Part shown: piece after piece, positions 52,663 to 64,000 of the stretch | How the letters are laid out: each line of letters opens with the position of its first letter | Position numbering within the stretch: position 1 is the stretch's first letter | NCBI GenBank assembly: GCA_963749075.1 | Contig: CAVVLJ010000016.1 | Coordinates: forward strand, 576,001-640,000 | Length of the DNA: 64,000 nucleotides | From: an uncultured Pseudomonadota bacterium | GTDB lineage: Bacteria > Pseudomonadota > Alphaproteobacteria > JACZXZ01 | Direction of reading: 5' to 3' | The notes under the pieces: generated by a model | Seen by the model: only the letters and a program-made list of their open reading frames with translations | What the model was told of the DNA's origin: nothing | Database searches by the model: none | Program-made: the position numbers and the translations under genes

Positions 52663-52959
52663 ATGGCGACCAGCAAGACACAAGCGACCGTGACGCTCAA
52701 GCACATCTCGGCAGCCCTCGCCGACTCGCACGGCATGGCGAAGAAGCAGACCGAGAGTGTGCTCACGGACATGGTGGGGCTCCTGGTCAAGCATCTCAAG
52801 AAGGGGGACCGCATCCGCATCGCCGGGCTCGGCATCCTCCAGGTGAGAAAGCGCGCCGCGCGCATGGGCCGCAATCCCGCGACTGGCGAGGCGATCAAGA
52901 TCAAGGCCAGCAAGAAGGTCGCCTTCCGCGCCGCCAAGGACCTCAAGGAAGCCGTCTGA
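52663..52959 (+). CDS. HU-family DNA-binding protein
   Basis: GLGILQVRKRAARMGRNPATGEAIKIKASKKVAF; AAGGGAG RBS. Confidence 0.93.
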   Translation: MATSKTQATVTLKHISAALADSHGMAKKQTESVLTDMVGLLVKHLKKGDRIRIAGLGILQVRKRAARMGRNPATGEAIKIKASKKVAFRAAKDLKEAV

Positions 52960-53043
52960 CGCCGTTCGCCTTGCCTCCCCGAACCGGCCGGGCAAGCCGG
53001 TATGGGGATTTTGTTGCGCTGCTTTTTATTGCCATACCATATA

Positions 53044-53081
53044 CTTCCCCTTCCCGGCTGAGGGGGAGGATTAGGGAGGGG
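53044..53081. repeat. Degenerate REP-like element
   Basis: CTTCCCCTTCCCGGCTGAGGGGGAGGATTAGGGAGGGG resembles half of the 6740 element. Confidence 0.4.
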
Positions 53082-53105
53082 CAGCGCAGCAAGCGGGGCC
53101 GGGTC

Positions 53106-53945
53106 TTAAAGCGTCGACTCGACGATGCGGCGCAGCTCGGGCGTCACCTCCGGGAGTATGCCGAACCACGCCTGAAAGGCGGGGCGCGCCTGGTGCAGCA
53201 GCATGCCCAGGCCGTCGACGGTCGGGTTGCCGCGCCGCCGCGCCGCGGCAAGGAGCGGCGTCTCGAGCGGAATGTAGACGATGTCCGAGACGACTGCCGC
53301 GCGCGGCAGTGCGGCGAGCGAGAGCTCGAGCGGCGGCTCGCCCGCCATGCCCTGGCTCGTTGTATTGACGAGCAGGGCCACGTCCGCGAGGGCCGCCTCG
53401 CGCCCCTGCCAGGGCAATGCCGCGACCGGCGGGCCGTAGTCGTGCGCGAGCGCCTCGGCGCGCGCATCGCTGCGGTTCAAGACGCGGATCTCCCTGGCGC
53501 CGCGGTCTGCCAGGCTGGCGACCACCGCGCGGGCGCCGCCGCCGGCGCCCAGCACGGCGATCGGACCCGCGTCGGCGCGCCAGTCGGGCTTGGCCTCGCG
53601 CAGGCTCTCGATGTAGCCGAAGGCGTCGGTATTGGAGGCGGCAAGCGTGCCGTCCGCGCCGACCACGATGGTGTTGACGGCGCCGATGCGGCGCGCCAAC
53701 TCATCGACCCGGTCGGCGAGCCGCAAGGCGGCTTCCTTGTGGGGGATGGTCACGTTGCAGCCGGCGAAACCGAGCGCCGCGAGGCCCTTGAACGCCGCCG
53801 CGAGATTCTCGGGTCTAACCGCGAGCGGCACGTAGCTTCCCGCGATGGCGTGCCGCTCGAGCCAATAGCCGTGCACCATGGGCGAGCGCGAGTGGTACAC
53901 CGGCCAGCCCATGATGCCGGCCAATCCGAAGGTCTTTGCCGTCAC
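53106..53945 (-). CDS. aroE: Shikimate dehydrogenase
   Basis: HSRSP, NVTIPHK, GAVNT, NTD, GAGGG, DGLGMLLHQA. Confidence 0.93.
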   Translation of the reverse strand: MTAKTFGLAGIMGWPVYHSRSPMVHGYWLERHAIAGSYVPLAVRPENLAAAFKGLAALGFAGCNVTIPHKEAALRLADRVDELARRIGAVNTIVVGADGTLAASNTDAFGYIESLREAKPDWRADAGPIAVLGAGGGARAVVASLADRGAREIRVLNRSDARAEALAHDYGPPVAALPWQGREAALADVALLVNTTSQGMAGEPPLELSLAALPRAAVVSDIVYIPLETPLLAAARRRGNPTVDGLGMLLHQARPAFQAWFGILPEVTPELRRIVESTL

Positions 53946-54134
53946 GGAGTTGAGCGCCCCTGTCGCCCGCGCAAACGATCGCCGCTGCCGCCTCAGTCGA
54001 ACGCGGCGCCAAGCGCCCGCGGTTGGCGGACTGTAGCACGGAAGGCAGGCAGCGGCGACACGGGGAGCGCCGCCCGGCCGATGGACTCAGGCCGCCGCAG
54101 CCGCTAAATTCGCACTTTCGGTGGGGAGCTCGGG

Positions 54135-54704
54135 ATGGCGCTCGATCCGCAGCGGCTCAGGGAGATGCAAAGACCGGCCGGCTTGCCCTTTCGCATCGGC
54201 AAGATCGGCCACATCGTCCTCAACGTCGCCGATCTCGAGCGCTCGGTGCGCTTCTACACCCAAGTGCTCGGCCTCAGCGTCTCCGACGTTTATCCCGAGG
54301 AGATGGTGCCGGGCGGCATGGTCTTCATGCGCTGCAATGCCGACCACCACGGCTTGGCGCTGGTCGGCTCGCTGAAGGGCGCCTCGGCGAACGTCGAGCT
54401 CAACCACTTCGCCTTCGAGGTCGCCACCCTCGACGAGGTGCTGCGCGCGCGCGACCATCTCAAGAAGCTCGGCGTGCCGATCGACTTCGAGGGACGACGC
54501 CGCGCCGGCGTGCAGATCGCCGTCGAGTTCCGCGACCCCGACAACCATCGCGTCGAGATCTATTGGGGCATCGACCAGGTCGGCAGCGGCGGGCGGGTGC
54601 GGCCGCCCGGCGAATGGAAGTGGGCGCACAGCATCAAGGAGGCGCTCGCCGACCCGGTGCGCGGACAGGACACCACCCTTCACGACGGCACGCCACGCGA
54701 GTAG
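54135..54704 (+). CDS. VOC-family protein (glyoxalase/extradiol dioxygenase-like)
   Basis: IGHIVLNV, DHHGLAL, LNHFAF, FRDPDNHRVEI. Confidence 0.88.
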   Translation: MALDPQRLREMQRPAGLPFRIGKIGHIVLNVADLERSVRFYTQVLGLSVSDVYPEEMVPGGMVFMRCNADHHGLALVGSLKGASANVELNHFAFEVATLDEVLRARDHLKKLGVPIDFEGRRRAGVQIAVEFRDPDNHRVEIYWGIDQVGSGGRVRPPGEWKWAHSIKEALADPVRGQDTTLHDGTPRE

Positions 54705-54756
54705 TGCCGCCCGCCGCATACCAGATTCACAGCACGATAAGTGGGAGGATGCTGCC

Positions 54757-55392
54757 ATGATGAAGCTCTACTTCTCGCCCGGCGCCTGCTCGATGGCGTC
54801 GCACATAGCCCTCGAGGAGACCGGCGCCCCTTACGAGGAGCAGGCCGTGGCACTCGCGAAGGGCGAGCAGATGACCGAGGCCTATCTCAAGATCAACCCG
54901 CGGGGCAAGGTGCCGGCGCTCGCCGTCGACGGCGCCGTGCTCACCGAGAACGTCGCCATCCTGACTTACCTCGGCATGGGGTTCCCCTCGGCGAAGCTGC
55001 TGCCGCGGGACGCCTTCGAGGAGGTGCGCTGCATCTCGACCATGGCCTGGCTCTCGAACACGGTCCACCCGTCCTTCACCCACATCTTCCGGCCCGAGCG
55101 CTTCGCGGCCGACGCCGCCACCCACGCCGCCATCAAGGAGACCGGCCGCAAGGCGTTCTGGGCCAACCTCGAGGAGATCGACGGGCTGCTCAAGGGCAAG
55201 GAGTGGATGATGGGCGGGCACTATAGCGTCGTCGACCCCTACGCGCTCGTCTTCTACGGCTGGGGTAAGCGCATCGAGCTGCCGGTCAAGGAGCTCGCCA
55301 ACTACACGGCCTGGAAGGACCGCATGCTGCAGCGCCCCGCCGTCCGCCGCGTGCTCGAGCGCGAAGAGAGCGTGCTCCTCAAGGCGGCGTGA
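54757..55392 (+). CDS. Glutathione S-transferase (beta class)
   Basis: LYFSPGACSMASHI, INPRGKVPAL, LTENVAI. Confidence 0.93.
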   Translation: MMKLYFSPGACSMASHIALEETGAPYEEQAVALAKGEQMTEAYLKINPRGKVPALAVDGAVLTENVAILTYLGMGFPSAKLLPRDAFEEVRCISTMAWLSNTVHPSFTHIFRPERFAADAATHAAIKETGRKAFWANLEEIDGLLKGKEWMMGGHYSVVDPYALVFYGWGKRIELPVKELANYTAWKDRMLQRPAVRRVLEREESVLLKAA

Positions 55393-55425
55393 GGGGCGGA
55401 CGCGGATCCAGCAGGCCGAGGCAAG

Positions 55426-55517
55426 CCCCTCTCCCGCTCGCGGGAGAGGGAAGGGGCCCGTCCCGAAGGGATGGGAAGGGTGAGGGAATGCCGGATGTCG
55501 GCGCCATCCCTCACCCT
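55426..55517. repeat. REP-like palindromic element
   Basis: CCCCTCTCCCGCTCGCGGGAGAGGGAAGGGGCCCGTCCC...GGGAAGGGTGAGGGA; close reverse-complement relative of 14191-14262. Confidence 0.8.
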
Positions 55518-55569
55518 CCTACGAGTTGGTTTCCTCCAATCGGCGGCTGCCGGCGCAGCCGCTCTTATT

Positions 55570-56445
55570 TCAATTGCGGCGCCGAGGCGCCCGCTCTGCG
55601 ACGCCGCAGCCTTCGACCACCCGCTCCAGCCAGGCGATCACCGCGGCGATGCGCGCCTGCGGCCTGAGCTCGCGATGCACCAGAAGCCAGATCTCGCGGG
55701 AGAGCACGGGCGCGGCGCCGCTCAGGCGCTTGAGCTGCCGCTCGCGCTCGGCCGCGAAGCAGGGGAGCAGCGATTTGCCGAGGCCGGCGCGCAAGGCCTC
55801 GAGGATCGCTTCCGCGTCATTGACCATGAGCCGGGAGCTGCCGCCCTCCTCGCCGGCCGCCGCGGCGATCCAACGCGCCTGCGGCAGGTCGGCCTGCCCT
55901 TCCTCGTACGTGATCCAAGGGAGGCTCTCCGCGCCCGCCCGGCGCGGGCCATAGACGGCGTAGTCGAGCCGGCCGATGCGCCGCGCCAGCGCCGTGCCGG
56001 CCGTGGGCCGCGCCAGACGCAAGGCCACGTCGGCCTCCCGCCGCGTCAGGCTGAGATTGCGCGGCTCGGCGATGAGCTCGATCTCGAGGCGAGGATGTGC
56101 TGAGTAAAGCTCGGGGAGGGCGGGGATCAGCAAGCGGTTCGCCAGCACCGGCACCGCCGTCAGCCGCACGGCTCCGGCGGGCACGGCGTCGCTATCCGAG
56201 ACGCCGCCCTCGAGCGCCTCGACCGCCTGCTCCATGTCCGCCGCGCGGGAGATCGCCGCCTTTCCCGCCGCGGTCGGAAGAAGGGCTCCCTCCTTGCGGT
56301 CGAAGAGGCGCGCGCCGAGTGCCGCCTCCGCCGCCGCAAGCCGGCGCGCGGCGGTGGTCTGGTTGACGCGGAGCCGCCGCGCGGCACCCGCAAGCGTTCC
56401 CGCGCGCGCGATCGCCAGGACGTAGCGCAGATCGTTCCAGTTCAT
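55570..56445 (-). CDS. LysR-family regulator
   Basis: MNWNDLRYVLAIAR HTH, LTRREADVALR. Confidence 0.9.
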   Translation of the reverse strand: MNWNDLRYVLAIARAGTLAGAARRLRVNQTTAARRLAAAEAALGARLFDRKEGALLPTAAGKAAISRAADMEQAVEALEGGVSDSDAVPAGAVRLTAVPVLANRLLIPALPELYSAHPRLEIELIAEPRNLSLTRREADVALRLARPTAGTALARRIGRLDYAVYGPRRAGAESLPWITYEEGQADLPQARWIAAAAGEEGGSSRLMVNDAEAILEALRAGLGKSLLPCFAAERERQLKRLSGAAPVLSREIWLLVHRELRPQARIAAVIAWLERVVEGCGVAERAPRRRN

Positions 56446-56548
56446 GGCCCTGCAATTTTGCAGAATCGAGCGGCGATATCGATTGTTTATTTGCAGGTCT
56501 GCCCATGCTACCTGCAAGCCAGCGGCGAACCCCGCGGGAGGCCAGGAA

Positions 56549-56845
56549 ATGCTCTACGCCGTCCTCTTCACCGACAACGACGAGCATGGCGGTGTCCGCC
56601 AACGGCTGATGCCGGCTCATCTCGAGTTCCTCGCGCAAAACCGCGATCGCATCCGCGCCGCAGGTCCGCTGCGCGACACGGCGGATGGCGCCGCGGCGGG
56701 CGGGCTCTGGCTGGTCGAAGCGGAGAGCGCCGAGGCCGTCGCCGCGCTAACCCGCCTCGATCCCTTCTGGACGACCGGGCTCCGCCGCTCGGTGCGCGTC
56801 CTCGAGTGGTCTCAAGTCTTCGCGGACGGCCACGCCACGACGTGA
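56549..56845 (+). CDS. YciI-family protein
   Basis: AHLEFL, AGPL, GGLWLVEA, DPFW. Confidence 0.88.
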   Translation: MLYAVLFTDNDEHGGVRQRLMPAHLEFLAQNRDRIRAAGPLRDTADGAAAGGLWLVEAESAEAVAALTRLDPFWTTGLRRSVRVLEWSQVFADGHATT

Positions 56846-56944
56846 GTCGCTCGTTCGGATTCGGCATGTGCTGCAGCCGTCGGCAGTCTTTTGGCCGGGC
56901 GACAATGCGCGCGCCGAGCGGCGCTCGAGCGTGGATGGGGCCGA

Positions 56945-57145
56945 TCAGATTTTGGCGGCGAATTTCGGACGCCGCCCCTGAGCGCGAGCGGACGTGGCGA
57001 TCGCCTCGAGGAGGGCGCGCTTCTCGGGCGTGCGCCGGCCACCCGGGTTCGGGGCCACGACGACCGGTCCGCTCCAGCCGAGCGCGGCCTTGCGGCGCTC
57101 AAGGCGCTTCACCTGCTCCTCAAGAGTGATCGCGCGCGACGTCAT
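56945..57145 (-). CDS. Small basic hypothetical protein (66 aa), partner of the upstream nucleotidyltransferase
   Basis: GAGGG RBS inside the upstream gene, 26-bp overlap; NPGGRRTPEKRALLEAI. Confidence 0.55.
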   Translation of the reverse strand: MTSRAITLEEQVKRLERRKAALGWSGPVVVAPNPGGRRTPEKRALLEAIATSARAQGRRPKFAAKI

Positions 57146-57701
57146 GGGCGTAGTCCCTCAGGAAGACGAGGCCGTAATCGCCGGCCGTTTCGTTCCGGAT
57201 TCCGCGGTCAAGATAGGCTTCGTCGATCTCGTTCGCAAGGAGATAGAGCTTGACGGCCTGATCCAGCATAGCGGGAACGCCGCCGGGGCTGGAATTGAAT
57301 TGCCCCATGCGGTCGGCGATCAGGTTCTCGACGGGCGGCAGTCGGAGCTGATGGCCGTGCACGTCCACCAGGATCAGTCGGCTGCGGTCGGAGCGGCCGT
57401 CGTATAGTTGTCCGCTCACGATCTCCACGCCAATGTCGAAGTCGGGATGATAGAGGCCGCGCAGGAGATGGCCCACGCAATTCTCCCGGCGGAAGCCCAG
57501 CGCGAGAAGCGCCGCCGTGAAGGCGGCCACCGCCTCGGTGACGAAATCGAAGTCGCCAGAGGTCACCGCGCCGCTCGTGAAGAACTCTACCGCGCCGCCG
57601 CCGACCAGGATGGGCCGCGGATGGCCGGCCTTTGCCACCGCATCTGAGGCCGCGGCGCCCAGGGCCAGAGCATGCTCGAACTCCGGGCGGAAGGCACCCA
57701 C
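57120..57701 (-). CDS. Pol-beta-like nucleotidyltransferase (AbiEii/MenT-like)
   Basis: ILVGGGAV...TSGDFDFV motif, later IGVEIV and ENLIADR; start uncertain. Confidence 0.7.
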   Translation of the reverse strand: MGAFRPEFEHALALGAAASDAVAKAGHPRPILVGGGAVEFFTSGAVTSGDFDFVTEAVAAFTAALLALGFRRENCVGHLLRGLYHPDFDIGVEIVSGQLYDGRSDRSRLILVDVHGHQLRLPPVENLIADRMGQFNSSPGGVPAMLDQAVKLYLLANEIDEAYLDRGIRNETAGDYGLVFLRDYAHDVARDHS

Positions 57702-57712
57702 CTTCCGTCTGC

Positions 57713-58120
57713 CTAACCCGCCGACGGCCAATAGAAGGAATGGGAGACGGCAGCTCCGGGGCGGATGTCGACCGCTTCCGTGAGCGTCTTGCCGCCGTAC
57801 TCGACCACCACGTCGTATTTGCCGGGGCTGAGCTGGGCCAGGAAATAGGGTCCGTCGGCGACCGCCTCGAGAAGCGTCTTGCCGCTGCGGTCGATGAGCT
57901 TCACCTTGACGCCGCCCAGGTACTCGCCGGTGTCGCGGGCGACGAAGAGGAGGCGCAAGGAGTAGCTCTGCTCGATGGCGAGGATGGTGTTGCGCTCCTC
58001 CTGGCCGATGCCGCCGCTCACGTAAGCGATGCCGTTCTCCGTGTGGGTCTGCAGCTGCTGCGCGTGGGCGGCGAATGCGAGGATGCTCAGGGTCAATGCC
58101 AGTGCTGCGATCTTGCTCAT
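57713..58120 (-). CDS. Secreted carboxypeptidase-regulatory-like domain protein
   Basis: Signal peptide AHA-Q; YVSGGIG, GPYFLAQLSPGKY; GGGAGA RBS. Confidence 0.8.
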   Translation of the reverse strand: MSKIAALALTLSILAFAAHAQQLQTHTENGIAYVSGGIGQEERNTILAIEQSYSLRLLFVARDTGEYLGGVKVKLIDRSGKTLLEAVADGPYFLAQLSPGKYDVVVEYGGKTLTEAVDIRPGAAVSHSFYWPSAG

Positions 58121-58151
58121 CTCTCCCGTCTCCGGTTGGTGACGGCGCCGG

Positions 58152-61736
<3,585 letters not shown>

Positions 61737-61939
61737 GAGCTACGCCCGCGAGCTGCTGATTAAAGTCATTCTGATATTAGATGTAGCGAGCCGGAGCGCC
61801 CATGGCCAGTGTTGCGAATGGGACTTGCAAAACTGCAACCCCGCCTCGGGGGGATGGCGTCCGGCCGCTCTCGGCCTCGGCTCTCGCGATTGCCGCTCAG
61901 CCATTCCTTGCATCTTGCGCCGCGTATACTATTGCAAAC

Positions 61940-62851
61940 ATGAAACCCCTGAGGCCGCAGCTCCTGGAGTGGAACGACGTTCGGCTGCTCCTGGCGGTCG
62001 CGAACCAGGGCACTTACGCGGCGGCGGCGCGTCACGCCGGCGTCAGTCTCGCCACCGTCGGCCGGCGGATTCGCCTCTTGGAAAGGTCGCTCGGCACCAA
62101 GCTGGTGGAGCGGCGGCCGGATGGGCACCGGCTTACCGCGCAGGCCCAGGCGCTGCTGCCGGCCGCCAGCAGAATGGCGGCAGCCGCCGGGGACCTCTAT
62201 GCAAGCATTGGCGCCGGGAGTGCGAACGTTCGCATCGTCGCCCGCGAGTGGGAGGCCCTCTTCCTCATCAGGCATCTCGCCGAGCTCAAATCGAGCTTGC
62301 CCGGCATCGATATCGAGATCGGCTCCAACCATTGGCCGGACCTCGCGAGACGGGAGGCAGATCTCGTCTTGACCGAGCATTCTCCGGCCTCTGGAAGCGT
62401 CATTGCCCGCAAGCTGGGGGCCATGTCCTTCGCCGCCTATGCGGGCAGCACCTACGCTTCGGGCGAGCGGCGCGCGTTCAGCGAGGAGCGCTACGCGGCT
62501 TGCGCCTGGGTCGGCTTCACGCCGGCCCACAGCTATTTTGCCGCGGAGCAGTGGCTCGCCCGCCACCGGCCGGATGGCGTGCCGCCGACGCACCGCTTCG
62601 ACAATGCCTTCATGGTGCTCGAGGCCGTGCGCCACGGCAGCGGCCTGGGGCTCCTGCCGGTGTGGTTGGGCGAGAGCGATGCCTCGCTCGTGCGGGTGTC
62701 CCCCGTCTTGCGCGACCTCGTCCATACGACGAATTACTTGATGAACGCCGATCTGCGCGACGAGCCTCGCGTCCGCGCCGTAGCCGACGCCGTCCACGCT
62801 CTCTTTCGGCGCGAGCGGAGCCGTCTCGCGGGGGAGGCCGTCCGCCCGTGA
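61940..62851 (+). CDS. LysR-family regulator
   Basis: LEWNDVRLLLAV HTH, DLARREADL. Confidence 0.85.
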   Translation: MKPLRPQLLEWNDVRLLLAVANQGTYAAAARHAGVSLATVGRRIRLLERSLGTKLVERRPDGHRLTAQAQALLPAASRMAAAAGDLYASIGAGSANVRIVAREWEALFLIRHLAELKSSLPGIDIEIGSNHWPDLARREADLVLTEHSPASGSVIARKLGAMSFAAYAGSTYASGERRAFSEERYAACAWVGFTPAHSYFAAEQWLARHRPDGVPPTHRFDNAFMVLEAVRHGSGLGLLPVWLGESDASLVRVSPVLRDLVHTTNYLMNADLRDEPRVRAVADAVHALFRRERSRLAGEAVRP

Positions 62852-62894
62852 CGGGCGTCCCCGCCGGCCTTGATGCCATCGTTCGCCCGATCGG

Positions 62895-63734
62895 CTAAAT
62901 CATCGGCAAGCTGCGCTTGCGTCCGCGCGGGAAGGCGCTGTCGAGCTCGGCCAGGTCGGCCGCGTCGAGGACGAGGTCGCCGGCCGCCGCATTCTCCGCG
63001 GCGTGCTCGGCCCGCGCCGCCTTGGGGATGGTGAAGACAGCACTCTCGCGGGCGAGGAAGGCGAGTGCCACTTGCCGCGGCGTGGCGCCGTGCTTGGCCG
63101 CGATCGCCTGGAGCGCGCGGCCGCCCGCCGAGCCCGCGCGCGGGAAATTGCCGGAGCCGAACGGGCTATAGGCAACGACGGCCAAGCTGTGGCCAGCGCA
63201 CCAGGGCAGCACCGCATGCTCGATGGCGCGCTCCGCGAGGTGGTAGAGCACCTGGTTGCAGGCGATGCGGCCGGGACCGGCAATGGCGAGCGCCTCTTCC
63301 AGCCCGTCGACGTTGAAGTTGGAGAGGCCCCAGGAGAGAATCTTGCCGCTCTCCTTGAGCGCCTCGAAGGCGGCGATGGTGTCCTTGAGCGGATGGCGGC
63401 CCGGCCAATGGAGGAGATAGCAGTCGAGGCGGTCGGTCTTGAGCCGCTCGAGCGAGCGCTCGCAGGCCTCGAGCGTGCCCTTGCGCGAGGCATTGCTCGG
63501 CCACACCTTGGAGACGAGGAAGAGCCCGTCGCGGCGGCCGGAGATGGCCTCGCCCACGATCTCCTCGACGCGGCCCGAGCCGTACATCTCAGCGGTGTCG
63601 ATGTGGCTCATGCCGAGCTCGATGCCGCGGCGGAGCGCCGTCGCCGCAGCCCGGCTGTCGCGCTCCATGTTCCAGGTGCCCTGGCCGACGACGGCCACCT
63701 TGCGGCCGGTCGGGCCGAATGTGCGGCTTGCCAT
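62895..63734 (-). CDS. Aldo/keto reductase
   Basis: GQGTW, IDTAEMYG, LVSKV, YLLHW, GLSNF, AYSPF; AAGGAGG RBS. Confidence 0.92.
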   Translation of the reverse strand: MASRTFGPTGRKVAVVGQGTWNMERDSRAAATALRRGIELGMSHIDTAEMYGSGRVEEIVGEAISGRRDGLFLVSKVWPSNASRKGTLEACERSLERLKTDRLDCYLLHWPGRHPLKDTIAAFEALKESGKILSWGLSNFNVDGLEEALAIAGPGRIACNQVLYHLAERAIEHAVLPWCAGHSLAVVAYSPFGSGNFPRAGSAGGRALQAIAAKHGATPRQVALAFLARESAVFTIPKAARAEHAAENAAAGDLVLDAADLAELDSAFPRGRKRSLPMI

Positions 63735-63872
63735 GGGGAGCGCCTCCTTTTCCTCTGAGCCGCCCTGCAAGCGACTGCCGGGCGCCGTTTTCTTCGGCGA
63801 TACTCCGCCCCATTCTCGGGAGAAGAGCGGGCCGGCGTCAACCGCGGCACCCCCGCCATGGCGGCCTTGCTG

Positions 63873-64000
63873 TGGACCGTTCGTTTCATTCCGTCTAGAC
63901 TCGGCCCGAGGGGCGCCTCCCGATCGCAAGGCCGTGCCGAGGCTCGTGACCGGGGCCACGCGTCGCGCCGGGGATGCGTCCGGCGGCAGACGGGAGACGC
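63873..64000 (+). promoter_or_regulatory. Putative sigma70 promoter followed by a structured 5' leader of a gene beyond the window
   Basis: TGGACC-17 bp-TAGACT (63873-63901); GCGCCTCCC (63913-63921) can pair with GGGAGACGC (63992-64000). Confidence 0.4.

Noticed and set aside
63869-64000. THF-II, SAH or guanidine-III riboswitch assignment
   Set aside because: Only short partial matches (GTGGACCGTTC/ACGGGAGACGC; GAGGGGCGC...GGCTCG; reverse-strand CCGGACG...CCGGTCACGA); spacing and required pairings do not fit, so it is left unassigned.

Overview
High-GC alphaproteobacterial chromosome segment, judged from the rpsF-rpsR-DUF2232-rplI-cfa-dnaB gene order, the sigma54/NtrC-type promoter and the palindromic intergenic repeats. 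It starts with a partial uxaC, followed by a urea transporter (urtABCDE), a urease operon (ureDABCEFG), an MNT-HEPN toxin-antitoxin pair, gabT and several amino-acid/acyl-CoA enzymes. An aminoethylphosphonate catabolic locus (phnX, LysR, phnW, pbfA) is followed by a lower-GC two-gene insert: a RelE-like protein translationally coupled to a sensor-less Shedu/DUF4263 nuclease. The rest holds dnaB and ribosomal protein genes, a ureohydrolase/PrpD/argininosuccinate-lyase-like cluster, assorted catabolic and transport genes, two more uncharacterised two-gene cassettes (wHTH+3TM; nucleotidyltransferase+66 aa), a fused full-length ABC transporter and a structured leader at the right edge. Two genes (dnaB, ureohydrolase) carry the same +1 frameshift at a GANTC site, probably a methylation-linked sequencing artefact. 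No tRNA, rRNA, CRISPR array, integrase or transposase was recognised. All family calls are by-eye motif recognition; no searches were run.
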